This document shows, one piece after another, positions 1 through 13,515 of a stretch of 64,000 bases of DNA. A program made the translations under genes and the position numbers. A model generated the notes under the pieces. That model ran no database searches. It was not told where the DNA came from and saw only the letters and a list, made by a program, of their open reading frames with translations. The stretch comes from Camelus dromedarius. Taxonomy: Eukaryota. The stretch covers positions 55,740,001 through 55,804,000 of the forward strand of contig NC_087437.1 in assembly GCF_036321535.1 (NCBI RefSeq). Direction: 5' to 3'. How positions within the stretch are numbered: the stretch's first letter is position 1; each line of letters starts with the position of its first letter.

Positions 1-372
1 CCTCGAGAGGAAAAGGGGTTCCCCCCAGAGTTACCCAGCCAGTTAATCCACGGAGAAAAAGAATGTGCATCTTACCTTGAAGGGCTTTTTCCTCTGGATT
101 GCTCTTCACAATGAGAAATATTCACTTGGTGTGGGATACAGTAGGAGCCTGGGGTTCTTCTGCGAAGGTGGGTACCAGGAAAGCTGAGTGATGCATCCTG
201 CTTTAGAGGTTCAGCTAGAACTCCGGTTCCTAAAAAGGTTTCTCCAAACTTCCTTGTTTGCTTCACACGCCCGGACTTCCCTCCCTGGGAGTCCGGCTTA
301 GCCAGCAGCCCAGGTGATTTTCATTTGCTTGTTTTCCCCACTCGAGAATCGAGATTCACCGGAGATAGATGC

Positions 373-550
373 CAGTGGTTCCTTAACCATGCCTCACGTG
401 AGCAACTCTCATGGAACTTCTGACTTTTTAAATAATACTCCTGCCCAGATTCCACTCCTCAAAACACCGGTTTAATTGGTTTGTCGTAGTGCCCCTCGAT
501 TGGTATTTTAAGCATCTCATGTCTTCTAATGTGTAATCAGGTTGGAGAAA
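373..550. mobile_element. MER5-type (hAT-Charlie) DNA transposon relic
   Basis: cagtggttccttaacc... start and ...ctaatgtgtaatcaggttggagaa end resemble MER5 termini. Confidence 0.55.
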
Positions 551-1199
551 ATGCAAGACTGAAAGAAGCCTGACAGTCTAGGCCTGGGATGGATGAGAGA
601 ACACAGGTGGAGAGGGAGGAGGGCAGTTTGGAGGGATATTACTGAGGGTGAATTGGGCCAGAAGAGAGCCAATGCTTGAGAGGAGAGGAAGAAAGGAGGG
701 GCAACAGCTGGGAGGCCTATTTGGGTGAGTAATGAGGTTCAAGTAGACTCAGGTGGAAGCCCTCTGGAAGCCTGATTAAACCAAGATGTCAGGGCTTAGA
801 AGGAAACTGTGAAGACACATCTACCAGCTCTGGGCTGAAGTACACTTGGTTTCCTCAGCAAGAAGAAACAACAAAGGACAGACAACTCAGGAGGAAGTTT
901 TTTGAATTGGTAGGTAAAGAAAAGGTAATAAGGGGGCATTTCTAGACGCCAGCGCGTTTTACTGCCAGCCATCCTAACGCCTTGGTCCATCAGATAACAA
1001 GGTCAAAAGACTCCTGTGAAATGAATAATAGAATCGTGGGACCAGAGGGCCTTAGGGATTATCGGAGTCAGCCCACTCACTGCACGGAGGGGGACTCGGT
1101 TGCGAGAGAAGGGCAGGGACTTGCCCAAGCTCACCTGTCAGGCCGGGCTCTGGCCTCCGTCCGTCCTGGGAGAGTCGGCACGGCAGACCAGGTAACAGC

Positions 1200-1420
1200 A
1201 CAGCCGCTGAGTTTGCCGCCCTCACTTACTGAGCGGGCACCTTTGGAGAAGTTACTTAAGCTCTCTGTGCCTCGGTTTCCTCATCTATAAAATGAGGATA
1301 ATGATAGTCTAACTTTCTCATGGGTTGTTGGGTGGGTAAAAAGAACTGATATCCATAAAGCATGTAGAACAAGGCCGAGCCAGCGTGTGGTATGTGTTCT
1401 GTGACAGTAACTGTAACTAT
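1200..1420 (+). mobile_element. MIR SINE
   Basis: MIR core: aagttacttaagctctctgtgcctcggtttcctcatctataaaatgaggataat. Confidence 0.85.
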
Positions 1421-1606
1421 CACACCATTCTGTTTCACTCGAGTAATAAAACAGATGTATTAGCGAGCAAGACTGTGATAATACCTTGCCTACTTAAGGA
1501 TAAATATCTGGAGAAAATGCAGATTTATCAAGGTGCTCTGTGATTGATAAAAAGCTCCAAAGGAATGAGATTTTAGGTGAGTCCCAAATCCGTGTGTTTT
1601 CATATG

Positions 1607-1746
1607 CAGTTTTGTCAAAGTGTGGATTCCTGGGCCTCACTCCAGAGCATCTGAAACAGAATCTCCTGGAGGTAGGGACAGAGACTCTGTATTTCCCGAT
1701 TGTGGGCCAGGTGATTCTGTTGAACTTTAAAGTGTGACACCTACTG
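1607..1746. mobile_element. MER5A-like DNA transposon
   Basis: cagttttgtcaaagtgtgg...cagaatctcctggaggtaggg...caggtgattctg...aaagtgtgacacctactg. Confidence 0.65.
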
Positions 1747-1804
1747 CCCCTTGCTGGGCAAGTGGAATAACCTTCTGTGGCCAGGATCCAAGGCCTTCCC
1801 TCTC

Positions 1805-2130
1805 CGTGACAGGTAGATTCTATCCTCTTCTCACTGTGACAGAAATGGAAATGGAGACTCAGAAAGGATGAATAACTTGCCTAAAGTAACTAACTTGGTG
1901 AATAACAGACCAGAGACTCTGAAGCCAAATCCTTAAGACCTCAGAGTGAACATCCTCCAGGTTACCATGTGATCTTGAGGAAGTAAATTACCATTAGGCT
2001 TCAGTTTTCTTGTCTGTAAAATGAGGTGATATTGGTATTTACATCATAGTTGCTGTGAAAATTAATGCATACCAGGCACTTTGCAGAGTACCTTGTTCAT
2101 AGAAATAATCAAATATCAACTGTTATTTCT
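1805..2130. mobile_element. Two adjacent MIR fragments (minus then plus)
   Basis: gaaatggagactcagaaaggatgaataacttgcctaaagt (minus) and ggcttcagttttcttgtctgtaaaatgagg (plus). Confidence 0.7.
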
Positions 2131-4318
2131 GCTATAGATATTGGCATTGTTACTTTTGCTCTAACTCTCCAAATATTTCCTTCAATAAGCATTTACCTGA
2201 CACATCCTTGGTGCCAGGTCCTGTGCTAGACTATGAAGTCACAAAAGCCAGAAACTGAAATAAATGAGGTTCTTATCTTGAAGGACCAACCACTCAGAAA
2301 CTGTAAATAAGAAACTGTACCATAAGACAAGATGTGCTCCTGACTAGAAGGGAAACAGAAAGTGCCAAAATGATTTAGAAAAAAGAAAGCTTATCTACCA
2401 GGATCCCTTAGGAAATATGTCAGTTTGTGTAGTTGAGTTTTCTAGATAAACATATGCTCTATAAATAGCATTTTAGTTTTCATTTTAAATTGGGATGTAT
2501 ATAGATATTTCTGAAAATAAGGCATAATTTGCCATCTTTTTAAACCAAGAATAGTGTGTGCCACAGAAACTCTTGACAACTCAGGGTTACCACTGGAAAC
2601 TTTATTTAATGGTCTATGTCATCACACCAAATTCTCCGGGGCTTTGGGGATATACTGGTCTCTTTGTTCTTGTTCTTGGTTTTAAATTGTTGTCTATGTC
2701 TTTCATTGCTGCAAAATAGCCACTTCTCTCCACGAAGAGGTCACTGTGATCTGTTCAAAAGAGTAAAGACTTGGGAGTCAACCCAACCTGAATTTCTATA
2801 CTAACCATGCTAGTCTGTATGCACCAAGGCCATTTATTCATTCATCAAATGTTTATAAATGCCCTGTTACTATGTCTGGAATTCTGTTACTTATAAGGAG
2901 GCAAAGATATATTTGCATAAGTTTCTATCCTCAAGAAGCTATAATGTGGAAGTTTCTTAATCACTCAAAGCTATAATTTCTTCACATCTCTCAAGTGGAG
3001 CTAAGGCAATAGCTAACAATGAAGTGTTACGAATTTTTTGGGGAGGTGGGTAGTGGAGGGATACACAATGCCTACATTAGTAGGGTAAGGACTTTTTTCT
3101 TGAAAGCAAAAGTCTTCTTCAGATTTATTTAAGTTCATGAATTACAGATACTAAAGTAGTTCTTTAGTTAGAGTGACGTGGCAAAATAAGAACATTCCAA
3201 AAACAAGGGATGCACTCAGCTTTATGCCATTTCGACTTACCAAAGTTTTCACAGGGACGCTGCACTTTCAGATAGCAGGGGAACCTGTGTTTCCTGGTGC
3301 TGCTCTAGGCCCTCGTGACACAGCAGTGAACGCTGCAATCTGCTCCCACTGACTTTATGTTCTGAAGGAGGAATGACAATAGACCAAAAAATATATAATA
3401 CTATTTCAGATAACTGATCTAAAAAGTGTATAGAAGAGGTGCATAGAGAATGGACCATTTTCTTGAGTTTATGTGCTTATTTGTCTAAATTCAATCTAGA
3501 ACACTCCTTAATCCTAACAAAACTCCTCTGTAGATTTTCATTTCCCCATGGACCTTCCGGAACTCTATGCTCTGACATCTGAGCAATGGATGCTACTTGA
3601 ACTTCCCATCAGGTCTTCACACGAGTGCAAAATCTAACTTATCCAAAACCTGATGTCATGGTTATTACAGCTATTCAAAAATCTCCTAAATTTTAACTTG
3701 GGGACAGTTTATAGGTAAATGCCTGTGTTTAAGCACGCACATGTCTATATTTGCATGCTATCATGTTAAAAAATGACATTGTAAATAAGATGGACTCAAG
3801 TCACCCTTATCATCATCTTCTACTGGATGCCAGATTCTGGGTTGAAATGATGAGAATATTAAGTGATAAATTTATTATAGGAGAGTGTTTTTTGATGATT
3901 ACATTTTTTTTAAATGTTCGTGGATTTAGAGAGACAGCTCAGTTTGTGAAAAGTTTTAGTTGTACATTTTCTTCCTGCAGAGCATTGCAGTGGGATCCAG
4001 GATGCCTGGGGTATGGCACTAGAGCTTTATGGACTTCCTGTGGGACTATGAACAAAATCCCTATGAGTCTTCATTTATAGAAAGAAAGTATAGATGCTGA
4101 GAAATAAAGTCCTTTTGAGTTATTCTTTGTTCTATAACTCAGTGTTGTGAAGAACCAGGAAATTAGTAACATGGTTCTTGACTTCTAACTCTTCACTGAG
4201 CTGGGGCAATACCATTCCAACATGAGTAAATTACAATAGAATTGACTAGGGACAAAAGTACTAAAAATGTGCCAAATTGATGATGTGAATTCAAACAAAA
4301 AACAAAAAAAATTGTAGC

Positions 4319-4667
4319 TGTCTGGATCCATTCGGGCTGCTATAACAAAAGACCACCAACTGGGTGACTTATAAACAACAGAAATTTATTTCTCACAGTT
4401 CTGGAAGCTGGGAAGTGCAAGATCAAGGCACCCGCAGATTCAGTGTCTGATGAGGTCTGATTTCCTAGTTTATAGATGGTTGTCTTCCCTCTGTGACTTC
4501 ACACAGTGAAATGGCAAGAGAGCTCTCTGGAGTGCCTTTTATAATCCCCTTCATGAGGACTTTAACCTAATCACCTTCCAAAGACCCTACTTCCAAATAC
4601 TAGCACGTTGGGGATTAAGTTGCAACAAATGAATGTTGGGAGGGACACAGACTTCCAGTCTACTGCA
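4319..4667 (-). mobile_element. MLT1A-type MaLR solo LTR
   Basis: tgtctggatccattcgggctgctataacaaaa...aaacaacagaaatttatttctcacagttctggaagctgggaag...tactgca. TG...CA ends with near-identical 5-bp TSD gtagc/gtaac. Confidence 0.88.
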
Positions 4668-7600
4668 GTAACCTAGGTGTGCTGAGTTTTGTACCGGACA
4701 TTGGTAAATGTAAAGAATAAAATCTTGGGGGAAGAGAGTGGGGTATAAAAGGTCATAATTTGAAAAGGCTCTTGGTTGAAAACAAGCATGTAGGATACAA
4801 CTGGCTGAATAATTTGGAAAAGAGTTTCTACCCAAAGGAATAAAGGGGATGAAGGACAAGGTCCAGTTAGGTTTTTGTCCAAGGCACAAAGATGAGTGTA
4901 AATGCTGAGTCAGGAAAAAAGCAACCTGATGAAAATTCTGTTTGGGGAAGACTGCTGATCATGTACAGCTTAGGAAAAATGAAATGAAGGCTGGAAGGAG
5001 GGTCAGTGGGAACTGGAAGTGTGAGAAACAGGGTCCATAGGTCGGAGAAACTTTACCTTTAAGGCAGCAAATGGTTAAGGTAAAGAGTGGGGCACAACAT
5101 ATGAGACTTAGAGATTTGGTACTTGAGAGAGGAAAAGATCACTTCAGAACTAACAACTGGGGGGTTGACCCCATATATACAGATTTGAAGAGAACTTGGG
5201 AGCTGGGTGCACAGTAAAGGGTTATAAGAGAATCAAGCTGTGGGCAATAAGATCTTAAGACAGGTAGAGATGGGAAGAGAAAAGGTTTCTGAAGGTGAAA
5301 GGGAAGTCAACTAACTCTGGGAGAACAGAGGAGAAATGAATGTTGAAAGATGTAAGAGAGTTCCTTAAGAATAAGTTAATCAGTTCAGTGATATTATATA
5401 AAAAGGAGTTCCTTGATTATGTCACTTTGTTGTCCAAATTGTGATAAATCAAAAATATTAAGGCATAAGATATGCTGTAAGTGCATTTTACCCATTTAAG
5501 TTTTGTTTGCCAAAAGTGGAGCTGGGATATGGGTTCAACTTTGGGGTGAATAGAGCAGGAACAGACTGGTGATTTTCTAATCATGAAGTTGAAAGGGGAA
5601 GATCTCCATTTAACAAAAGAAAGTTGTTAATAGACCTGATTTATTAGACCATGTGAGTGATTTCCTGGAGGTGGATTTATCTCAAGCATTTGAGTAAAGT
5701 TATTCCTCCAAGGTTCATGGGTACTGTCAGGTGCAACAAAGAGCGAGTTTACTAAAAGGTATCAAGGTGCTCTTTGGCATCCTTAAAAATCAGGCATAAC
5801 AAGTAATAATGTTAATCATAATAATAGCAGAATAAATGGAAAGTATGGAGATGTTTCTGAACTAAAAATATGAAAGAAATGGTGTGATTTGAAATGCTCC
5901 TGAGGCCAATCAGGAGACTTGCTCTGGAAAAGATCCAGACAGGTTGGTGATAAAGGCTTGTGTGAGGTGAGAGATTGGATGGATGGATGGAAGGAAGGAA
6001 GGAAGAAAGAATGAGAAGCCATGTTCGGAGTTTTGAAGCACATTTGTCTGAGAATTGAGGACACCCCGAGAGTTTCTGAGTGCTCCAGTCCCCTTGGAGG
6101 GCAATAGCGACCTCAGATGTCTTTACTTACACTAACTACCTTTGAGAGTCAACCACTTCTGGTAAGATTGAAAATCTGCAGAAAGGCCAGATACTCTATA
6201 GTTGCCCAACTTTTATGATGAATGAAACTTAGAAGTCATATATGTAATTTAGTAGAACATGAGCATTTAAGTTCTACAGTCCTAAATTTAAATGCCATCT
6301 GGATCGTTTATTAGCTAAGTGAACTTGAACAACTTCCTTATCGTTTCTGAACCTAAAGATTGTCACCTGTAAACTGGAAGGGCAGGGCCTAGGAGGTGAA
6401 ATCCTGGCACAACCACTGGCAGGCTTTTCCTGCCAATCACCAGGTAGGTCAAGCACGAACCAAAATGAAGGACCCAGGCTGGCTTTCCTGTCCCTAAGAA
6501 GGTCACGGCCCAGTGGGAAATTAGGAGTCGGAGCATGAGGCTTTGACAAAAGGTAAAAATTAGACAAACATTGAAGGTGTTTTAGTTCCAGCAGTAAATT
6601 ATGAAAAGCTTTCAAAAAAGGAACATGTCTCATTCATCACTAAATTCCCCATATAATACTCAGTATATACATCATTGAATCATTTGCACATAGCCTTTAA
6701 CTGAAATACATTATTAAAGAAGGGCAGCAATAGATTTACAGACAGATAATTTTATAAATTTTTTTAAGTCTGAACAATTTCACTACTTTTTTTTCACATT
6801 GTTTTCAGGAACCGAGGTAATGGTAAAATAGGAAAATTTGAGTATTTATTACATGTGTTTTTAAATATAATATAATTTAAGTTTAATGTTTTATAATACA
6901 TTGTCAATTATTGTGTTTATTGTGCTTGGAAAATTCCAGAAAATTTAAGTCTGCTTTCATTAGTCAATACTCCAGCACAACAATGTATTAGGGTAAGTTC
7001 TTCAGGTCTGGACCTCAGTTTCTTCATGAAATAAGGGAGCAAGGCTAAACAGACTGTAAGATCACAGCCCACATTGACTTTGTATGAGGTCCTCAAAGAT
7101 TCAGACTCATGTGTGACCCCATCTTCCCACGGTTGGTGAGGGGGCCCCTCCAGGTCTGCTGTCATGGAAGTTTCTGGTGCCAGATTCTTTCTCTAGCAGA
7201 ACTGACACCCCATGAAGGGGGATTTTGAGTCAGGAATCTAGGAACAGCCAATGAGCTTCTTGTCTGCATTACTACTAACTGCTGTTTTATTTTGTTAAGT
7301 GAATTAGGGGATGTCTGTATAGAATCAAGTATATTTCTAGGTTGTTTTTTAAACTGTTTTTCTAGTTTTGTAATGTTAAGTTTGGATGATCTAAAGGGGA
7401 GTAAGGAGACTTTAACTGCGGGAATAAATTTTCAGAAAACAAAAATGGGGACTCCTGTAAGAGGCCAAGAGGCAGGGAACTCATGATGAGAATTAGTGTC
7501 TGATGCATGAATTTATTCTTACTGTACTGTGCATGAAGACCTATATTGAGTACAATACAGCAGAATGAACTGATTCTTTTTAGATTTCAGCTTTTCCCTC

Positions 7601-7904
7601 TATGATATAAATATATATGTAGTATTCAATATGTTATATATGTATGTGTATACATACATATGTATGTATGAAAAATTGAGCTGAGTGGTCTCTGAAAGTT
7701 ACTAATTCTAAAATTTATCTATAAAACTTGTTTTGATCTTTAAAATTTTAGAGTTTTGGAGATTTTTCAGGAAAGCTGGAAGAATGCAAATATGAGACTG
7801 ACTTGAGTGATGAGTTTTGGGGAAGAATAGGAAAAGCAAGAGGGAATGCAGGCTGTTAGCAGATACCCTTTGGTGTTTTTGGGTACTTCTACAAAGAGCA
7901 AGGT

Positions 7905-7992
7905 TTTCTTCCTTCCTTCCTTCCTTCCTTTCCTTCTCTCTCTCTCTTTCCCTCTTTCTTTCTCTCTTTCTTTCCTTTTTTCTTTCCTTCCT
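7905..7992. repeat. Polypyrimidine compound microsatellite (TTCC)n/(CT)n/(TTTC)n
   Basis: Direct inspection; explains the E/R/K-rich ORF 7708..8139. Confidence 0.9.
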
Positions 7993-9279
7993 CTGAGTTA
8001 ATAAAAAGAGTGTGGAATAGTTTCTAGGAAAAAACAAGCTGAAAAGAAAAAAAATGACATAAAGCTTTCTATCTTTGGGTATAACTGTTTTGATAGAGCA
8101 ATCATTTCTTTGAGTGAATTGCTCCGGAGATTCAGCCAAAGGGAAAACTGTGGAAGATAGTTACAATTTATCTCATTCTTTCTGCTCTCTGCTGATCATT
8201 TTCCTCCCTTTCTCTCAATAATGTTTTACATAGTTGTTCAGAGAATGGAAATCAATACTGGGTTTACAAAGGAGATACCTTGAAGATCCTTAAGCCTATA
8301 CCATTGATTTTTTTTTTTCTAAAACGGAACCCTTTCTTCAAGTGAAACCTTGTCAGAGCTCTAATACACATAAAACAGACAAAAGCCAAATTTCAAGGTA
8401 TTAAGAAGGAGAGAGGCATGTTTGGAGAGTTACCAGTATGGTCATTTCTTTACATCTGGTGAACACACTGAGACACTTACAATTTCATGCAACATAATTA
8501 GAAAACCACCAATCCACCCTAAACCCTACCCCCATCTTTTATAATAAAGCTAGTGCCTGAGATCCTGAGGGAAGAAGTTGCCCAATTTAATGAAACAAAC
8601 CTAAGATAAAGGTGACCTAGAAGAAAGTGAGAGGTGATGGGGGCACTGTTTTGGTCTAAGGACACAGATAAAAGATGAATGGTTTGAACTGGATTGAAAT
8701 GAGATAATTCTGGCTTAACGTAAGTACTTCTGTATGACACCTTTGCAGCTTTAACAAACCTTTCAAATACACTATTTAATTAGTTCAATTCAGTATTTCC
8801 TGGATCCAAATTATATAGTATTTGCTCTAGTGGAACCAATGTATTGATTGTATAAATGTGAAAATGTGTAACATCTTCTGTAAGTAAGCCCTTCAAGTAA
8901 GGCTTTCAACCACTCTATGGAGGAAGGATAGTAGAGAAAAGTAAGATACAAAGAAGTTAAGTAATTTTGCCATGGCCCTACAGAATGTTAACAGTAAAAC
9001 GGAGATTTGAACCTGATTCTGTCTCACTCCAAAACCCATGTTCCTTTCACTCTAACCACAAGGAACTATCAAAACTGCGAGAAATGCAAAGATGAGGGAT
9101 ATGGTGTTAGCCCTCAATGACTTAAAATCGCCTAGAGTAGACGGATGTTACATCAGCAACAAGCTAGCGTTGATGAGATGCAACAAAAGGCCAAGAAAAT
9201 TTAAAGCAGCAGCCAGGACATACTTGTGAGAGGAAGAGCACTGAGGACTGGGCAGGCACTTGAAAGGCAACAAAGCAAA

Positions 9280-9375
9280 GACGATTATCCTTATGTCACC
9301 TTCAAGGAAACCGAGGCTCACAGAGCTGAGAGGTGTTTCCAGGGTATTACAGCTGGTTAGTGGTGACACAAGAGA
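9280..9375 (-). mobile_element. MIR fragment
   Basis: gattatcc...aaggaaaccgaggctcacagagctgagaggtgtttccagggtattacagctggttagtgg. Confidence 0.75.
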
Positions 9376-10389
9376 TGCGAGGAAGATCTCACAGGAGTGA
9401 GAGTGAAACTGGAGGGAAAATATGAAACAAAGGAATTACAGAGCAAGCACAAAGAGAAACCAGAACTTCCATGTAGAAACAGTGAAAGAAGTAGAAATAC
9501 TAAGTGGCTGTGGAGCCAATGGCATTTTTCTCTCTTCTGCTTTAGAGAAAAATGAGAGTATCTAACTTCTGTCTAACCCTCCTTCCTTCTTTCTGAATCA
9601 GCCCCATACTGTTATTTCTTACATCTACATTTCTGCCAACTTTAAAAAAAAAAAAAAAAAAAGGCTGCTTCTGTATTGAAAGTCACACACTGAGCATCGT
9701 TATCCCTGAGAATATTCTTCCTGTTACTGTGTTTACCTTCTAGTGCTCGCCTGGCTGTCATCGTACCAATCATAGCGTTTAGGTCTTTGGATATTAGGGA
9801 TGTGCTTGTGCGTCTGTGTACATGACCATCCACACGAGGGTTTATTTACACTTGGGGGTTTGAGCAATTCATACGTTTGTTCATCTCCACGTTTCTCACT
9901 GGCTAGGAATTGTTTTTACTTTTGTTTTCCCCACTTCCTTCCCCTTCTGTTTTATTTGAAGAAAAAATGCAACGTAAATCAAACATACTCAAAAGTGTCA
10001 TCCGTGGGAAAATTCTTCACAACTCTCAGTCAGTATTATTGGGTCCATTAAATCTCACTTCCTTTCTACTCACTAGTTGGGAGTATGTAAACCAAGTCTG
10101 GTATCCAAATCCAAAAAAGAAATGAATAAAATTAATGTACTCTTTCAATTTAAAAATATTGGGTTTTCAGATGCTCTTCTAATTACAGGCAGGTTTTGTA
10201 GATGTGCCCATCAGGGACGTCATCGCCCACTCTTACTTCCATCCTCCACCAGCTTAACTTTCTCACTCCTCATTGGTCCTGCTCTGCATAGGTCACTGTA
10301 TCTGCTCTCATGGATTTATTTTCATCCTAGGATGAGGATTTCTGTTTCTATACTTCTGGCCCATTTCTGTCCCCAGAGTTTGAAGTTCA

Positions 10390-11550
10390 TTTAACTGTCC
10401 GCTTCACTTTTTACATACCCCATGGGTACTTCACAGTTACCATGCTAAGTTGGAACCCCTCATCTCTCCCTTCTTTCCAAGCTGGATCTTCCAACTGTAT
10501 TTACTGACTGACTTAGTGGAATCACCAACCACTCCATCCAAGAAGTAGAAACTTGAAGTCCTCCTTGACTCTCTTCTTCCTTCTGCTTGCATCAGTAACA
10601 GAAATGATATCTGATGTGACATTTTCACTAATAATTAAATCTATCTCCGTCTTCTCCATCCCCACTTCTGCTGTCATCCTATTGTCTTACCTGGGCCTTG
10701 TGCAACAACCTCCTAAATAATTCTGCCCACAAACCAACAAGCTCTAAATGCTTCCTCCACACAACCTCCGGGTTTATCAATGTAAAATGTATTCTGTGTC
10801 AATCTCATGTTTCAGATCCTTTAACACTGTAGAGATGGATGTGCTAAAAAATTGTGTAGAACAAAACACACACACACATACACATATATACACACAGTGA
10901 GTACAGTAAAGCTGGGAATTTCTAAATAAGATCAATAGATTATATCAATGTCAATATTCTGGTTATGATATTTTGTAATAGTTTCACAAGATGGTACTTC
11001 CCACTGGGGAAAAGTGAGTAATCAGTACATCGATACTCTCTTTATTTTTTATTACATGTGAATTTATAATTATTTCAAAAGAGAAACTTCATTTAAAAAT
11101 GCCTTGCAAAAAAGGAATTCTTCAATACTCACTAGAAGTATTGAAGTATTTAAGCTTTTTATAAAAAACATATCACGCAAGTTTATACTTTCTTCTCCAG
11201 CTTTATCTCCCAGCGTTCTCTGCCCCCAATTTTTCCACTGTACTAACAATGCTGTGACTGCTGTCTCTGTACCATTAGTCCTTATCTAGCCTGGCTAATT
11301 TCTTCTCATCATTTAAGGCTCTTTCCTTGGTCCATCTTATGAGATGATAATATTTCATTGTTGTGCCATTATAGTGTTACACACACTCTTACTACATTTA
11401 TTAAAGATTTGTTTTCCTGTTTTACCTTCTATACCATGAATTTCTAGAGGGTGAGACAGTCTTATTCACTTTGCATTTCCTGCGCCTATGATCTTCCTGA
11501 CAAATATTAGATGCTGTCTATATAGCTGACTTGAGTAAATGAATGTGCAT
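10390..11550 (+). mobile_element. L2 LINE relic interrupted by an old L1 (L1MC/L1MD-like) 3' fragment at about 10830-11100
   Basis: L2-like gaaacttgaagtcctccttgactctc... and 3' end tttctagagggtgagacagtcttattcactttgcatttcc...gtaaatgaatg. Inner segment tatatcaatgtcaatattctggttatgata...caagatggtac is typical of old L1 3' UTRs. Confidence 0.6.
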
Positions 11551-12583
11551 CTCCATATAGCTTGGAAATCACTACAATAAATCCAATGGTATTACCTTCT
11601 ATTATGTAACTAGACTGGAGCATTCATTTGTAAATTTGAGATGATTGACTATCCTAGTACACTATTCATTTAACTCTTTGTAATATTAACAGTAATGATT
11701 AAGAGCTTAGCTAATTTCATCTTGGAGTAAAATTAGTCTGCTGATAATCACAATGAATCACATACTAAGATGAAACGTGCAGATAAAATGCAGATTTGGA
11801 GAAGGCATCCCCTGAGAAAGCTGATATTTTCCTTCATATGCATAGGGATCAAGGTTAACTTTTTTTTTTTTCAAGTAAAGACAAACTTGAGGACCCTCCA
11901 ATGAGATGAAGCAAACAGAAATAGCATTCATTTGCAGTGTATTCAGATGTTTGCTTATCCCTTAGCCTAACATAGAATCCTATACTCCAATTAAAAACCA
12001 CCCACACACACATTAAGGTATGTAACTGGTGATTAAAAAAAAAAAACAACAACAACTCTGGGTCCAGAGTTTTGAGTTTATTGTCCTTGGGCCTGATGTT
12101 AAGATAGTAGTTATGCGAGTGGGGTGATTATGCTGAAGGTGAAACTTAAGTTTCTGAACTAATTTCTGTTTGCTGATTTTACTTCTTACCTGCTGGAGGC
12201 TAAATGGGAAGATAATCAGTTGAAAAATTTATAAAATGGATGTAATAATAGGTCAGACTCACGGTCAGACCTAATGAGGGAATGTTTGTTTTCTTTATGA
12301 AAACTGCAGAACATAGATGTTGGATAATGGAGGTGCAAAGTATAACATTACTAGTTAAGAAAAAAGAGCTTTGATAGAAGACTTGACTTCCTGACTTTAT
12401 GGCAAAATGGGATCCCTACCTCTGCCCAGAGAAATATCAATTGTGTAACTTGTAAAATTTGCTGTGTATACCTGCAGGATTTTGAAGATTCACTTGATTT
12501 TTTGATCAAGTATGCTTTAATTTTAATACTCAGAATCATAAATGCAGAAACTATAATCCTAGTCTCATTTTTGTCCTTTTAAG

Positions 12584-12712
12584 GTTTGTAGAAACCCCAG
12601 CCCATTTCTCTTGGAAGGAAAGTTATTACCGATCCACTATGTCCCAGAGCACACAGACAAGTGAATTCCTCAGTCCAGAGGTTTTCCAGCACATCTGGGA
12701 TTTTCTGGAACA
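12584..12712 (+). CDS. TP63: TAp63 exon 2 (transactivation domain), 129 nt: (R)[42 protein letters not shown](Q)
   Basis: Acceptor ttttgtccttttaag|G at 12583/12584 and donor CA|gtaagt at 12712/12713. Translation matches the p63 TA N-terminus including the p53-family FxxxWxxL motif (FQHIWDFL). The MSQS ATG is at 12639. Confidence 0.98.
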
Positions 12713-13515
12713 GTAAGTATCAAATAAGCCAAAAAAAAAAAAAAAAAAAGGAAAGAAAAAAGTTGAACTTGAATTAGTATAAATAGGTAATGGTAGATAA
12801 TCAAAGTATTGCTTACTAGGTCATGTTTATAGAATCAATAAAAATCAGTTTATATTGTTGGGAAAAAATTACTCCCTCCAATAGTATCTCTGTGTTCAAA
12901 ATTCAGTGGAGGTTTATTAAATTTCCAGCACCAAAAGATCATTATTATTCCAAGGTGGTATAATTTTGGAGGATCAGAAGGGCTCTCCAGCCTAGCCCGA
13001 AATAGCTTCCCCAAGGACTTGCTGATACTCAAATTCATTCCTCTGGGTTAAAGACTCTCATTTACTGTTATGTTGCAAATACCCTCTGGGAAAGTGGAAC
13101 ACTGAATTTTGTTGGTCTTTATGCCTTACTAGGAAAAGGACTATTATCTCCTTTCTTAAGATCAGGTTTGGATAAGTGCGTAAATTAAGGGGAAGGCGAA
13201 ACAATGTCAGAACACTGGGGACCCAAAGGCAGAGGGTGTGAAAGATCCCTGATACTTTTCTACCCTGGGTTCCACCCAGCACTTCTTTGATGAGGGTAAG
13301 GATCGTGATTCTCGTTTACAAATAGGGCTTAGAGTTGGAATGCCAGAGATTATACATCTGGTAAGTGGTTGAGCCAGGATTCAAACCTAGGGTTTCTGAC
13401 TCCAACCAACAAGCTTTGCCAACTTTGAAGCAGAAAGAGCTCATTGTTACCAACTGGATGAGTGTGTCTTAGTCCCTTTCCACACCTAACACACCTTTGT
13501 TTTCCTTTATGGCAG

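Noticed and set aside
7708..8139. 143-aa ORF with a charged E/R/K tract
   Set aside because: Translation of a (TTCC/CT)n microsatellite.
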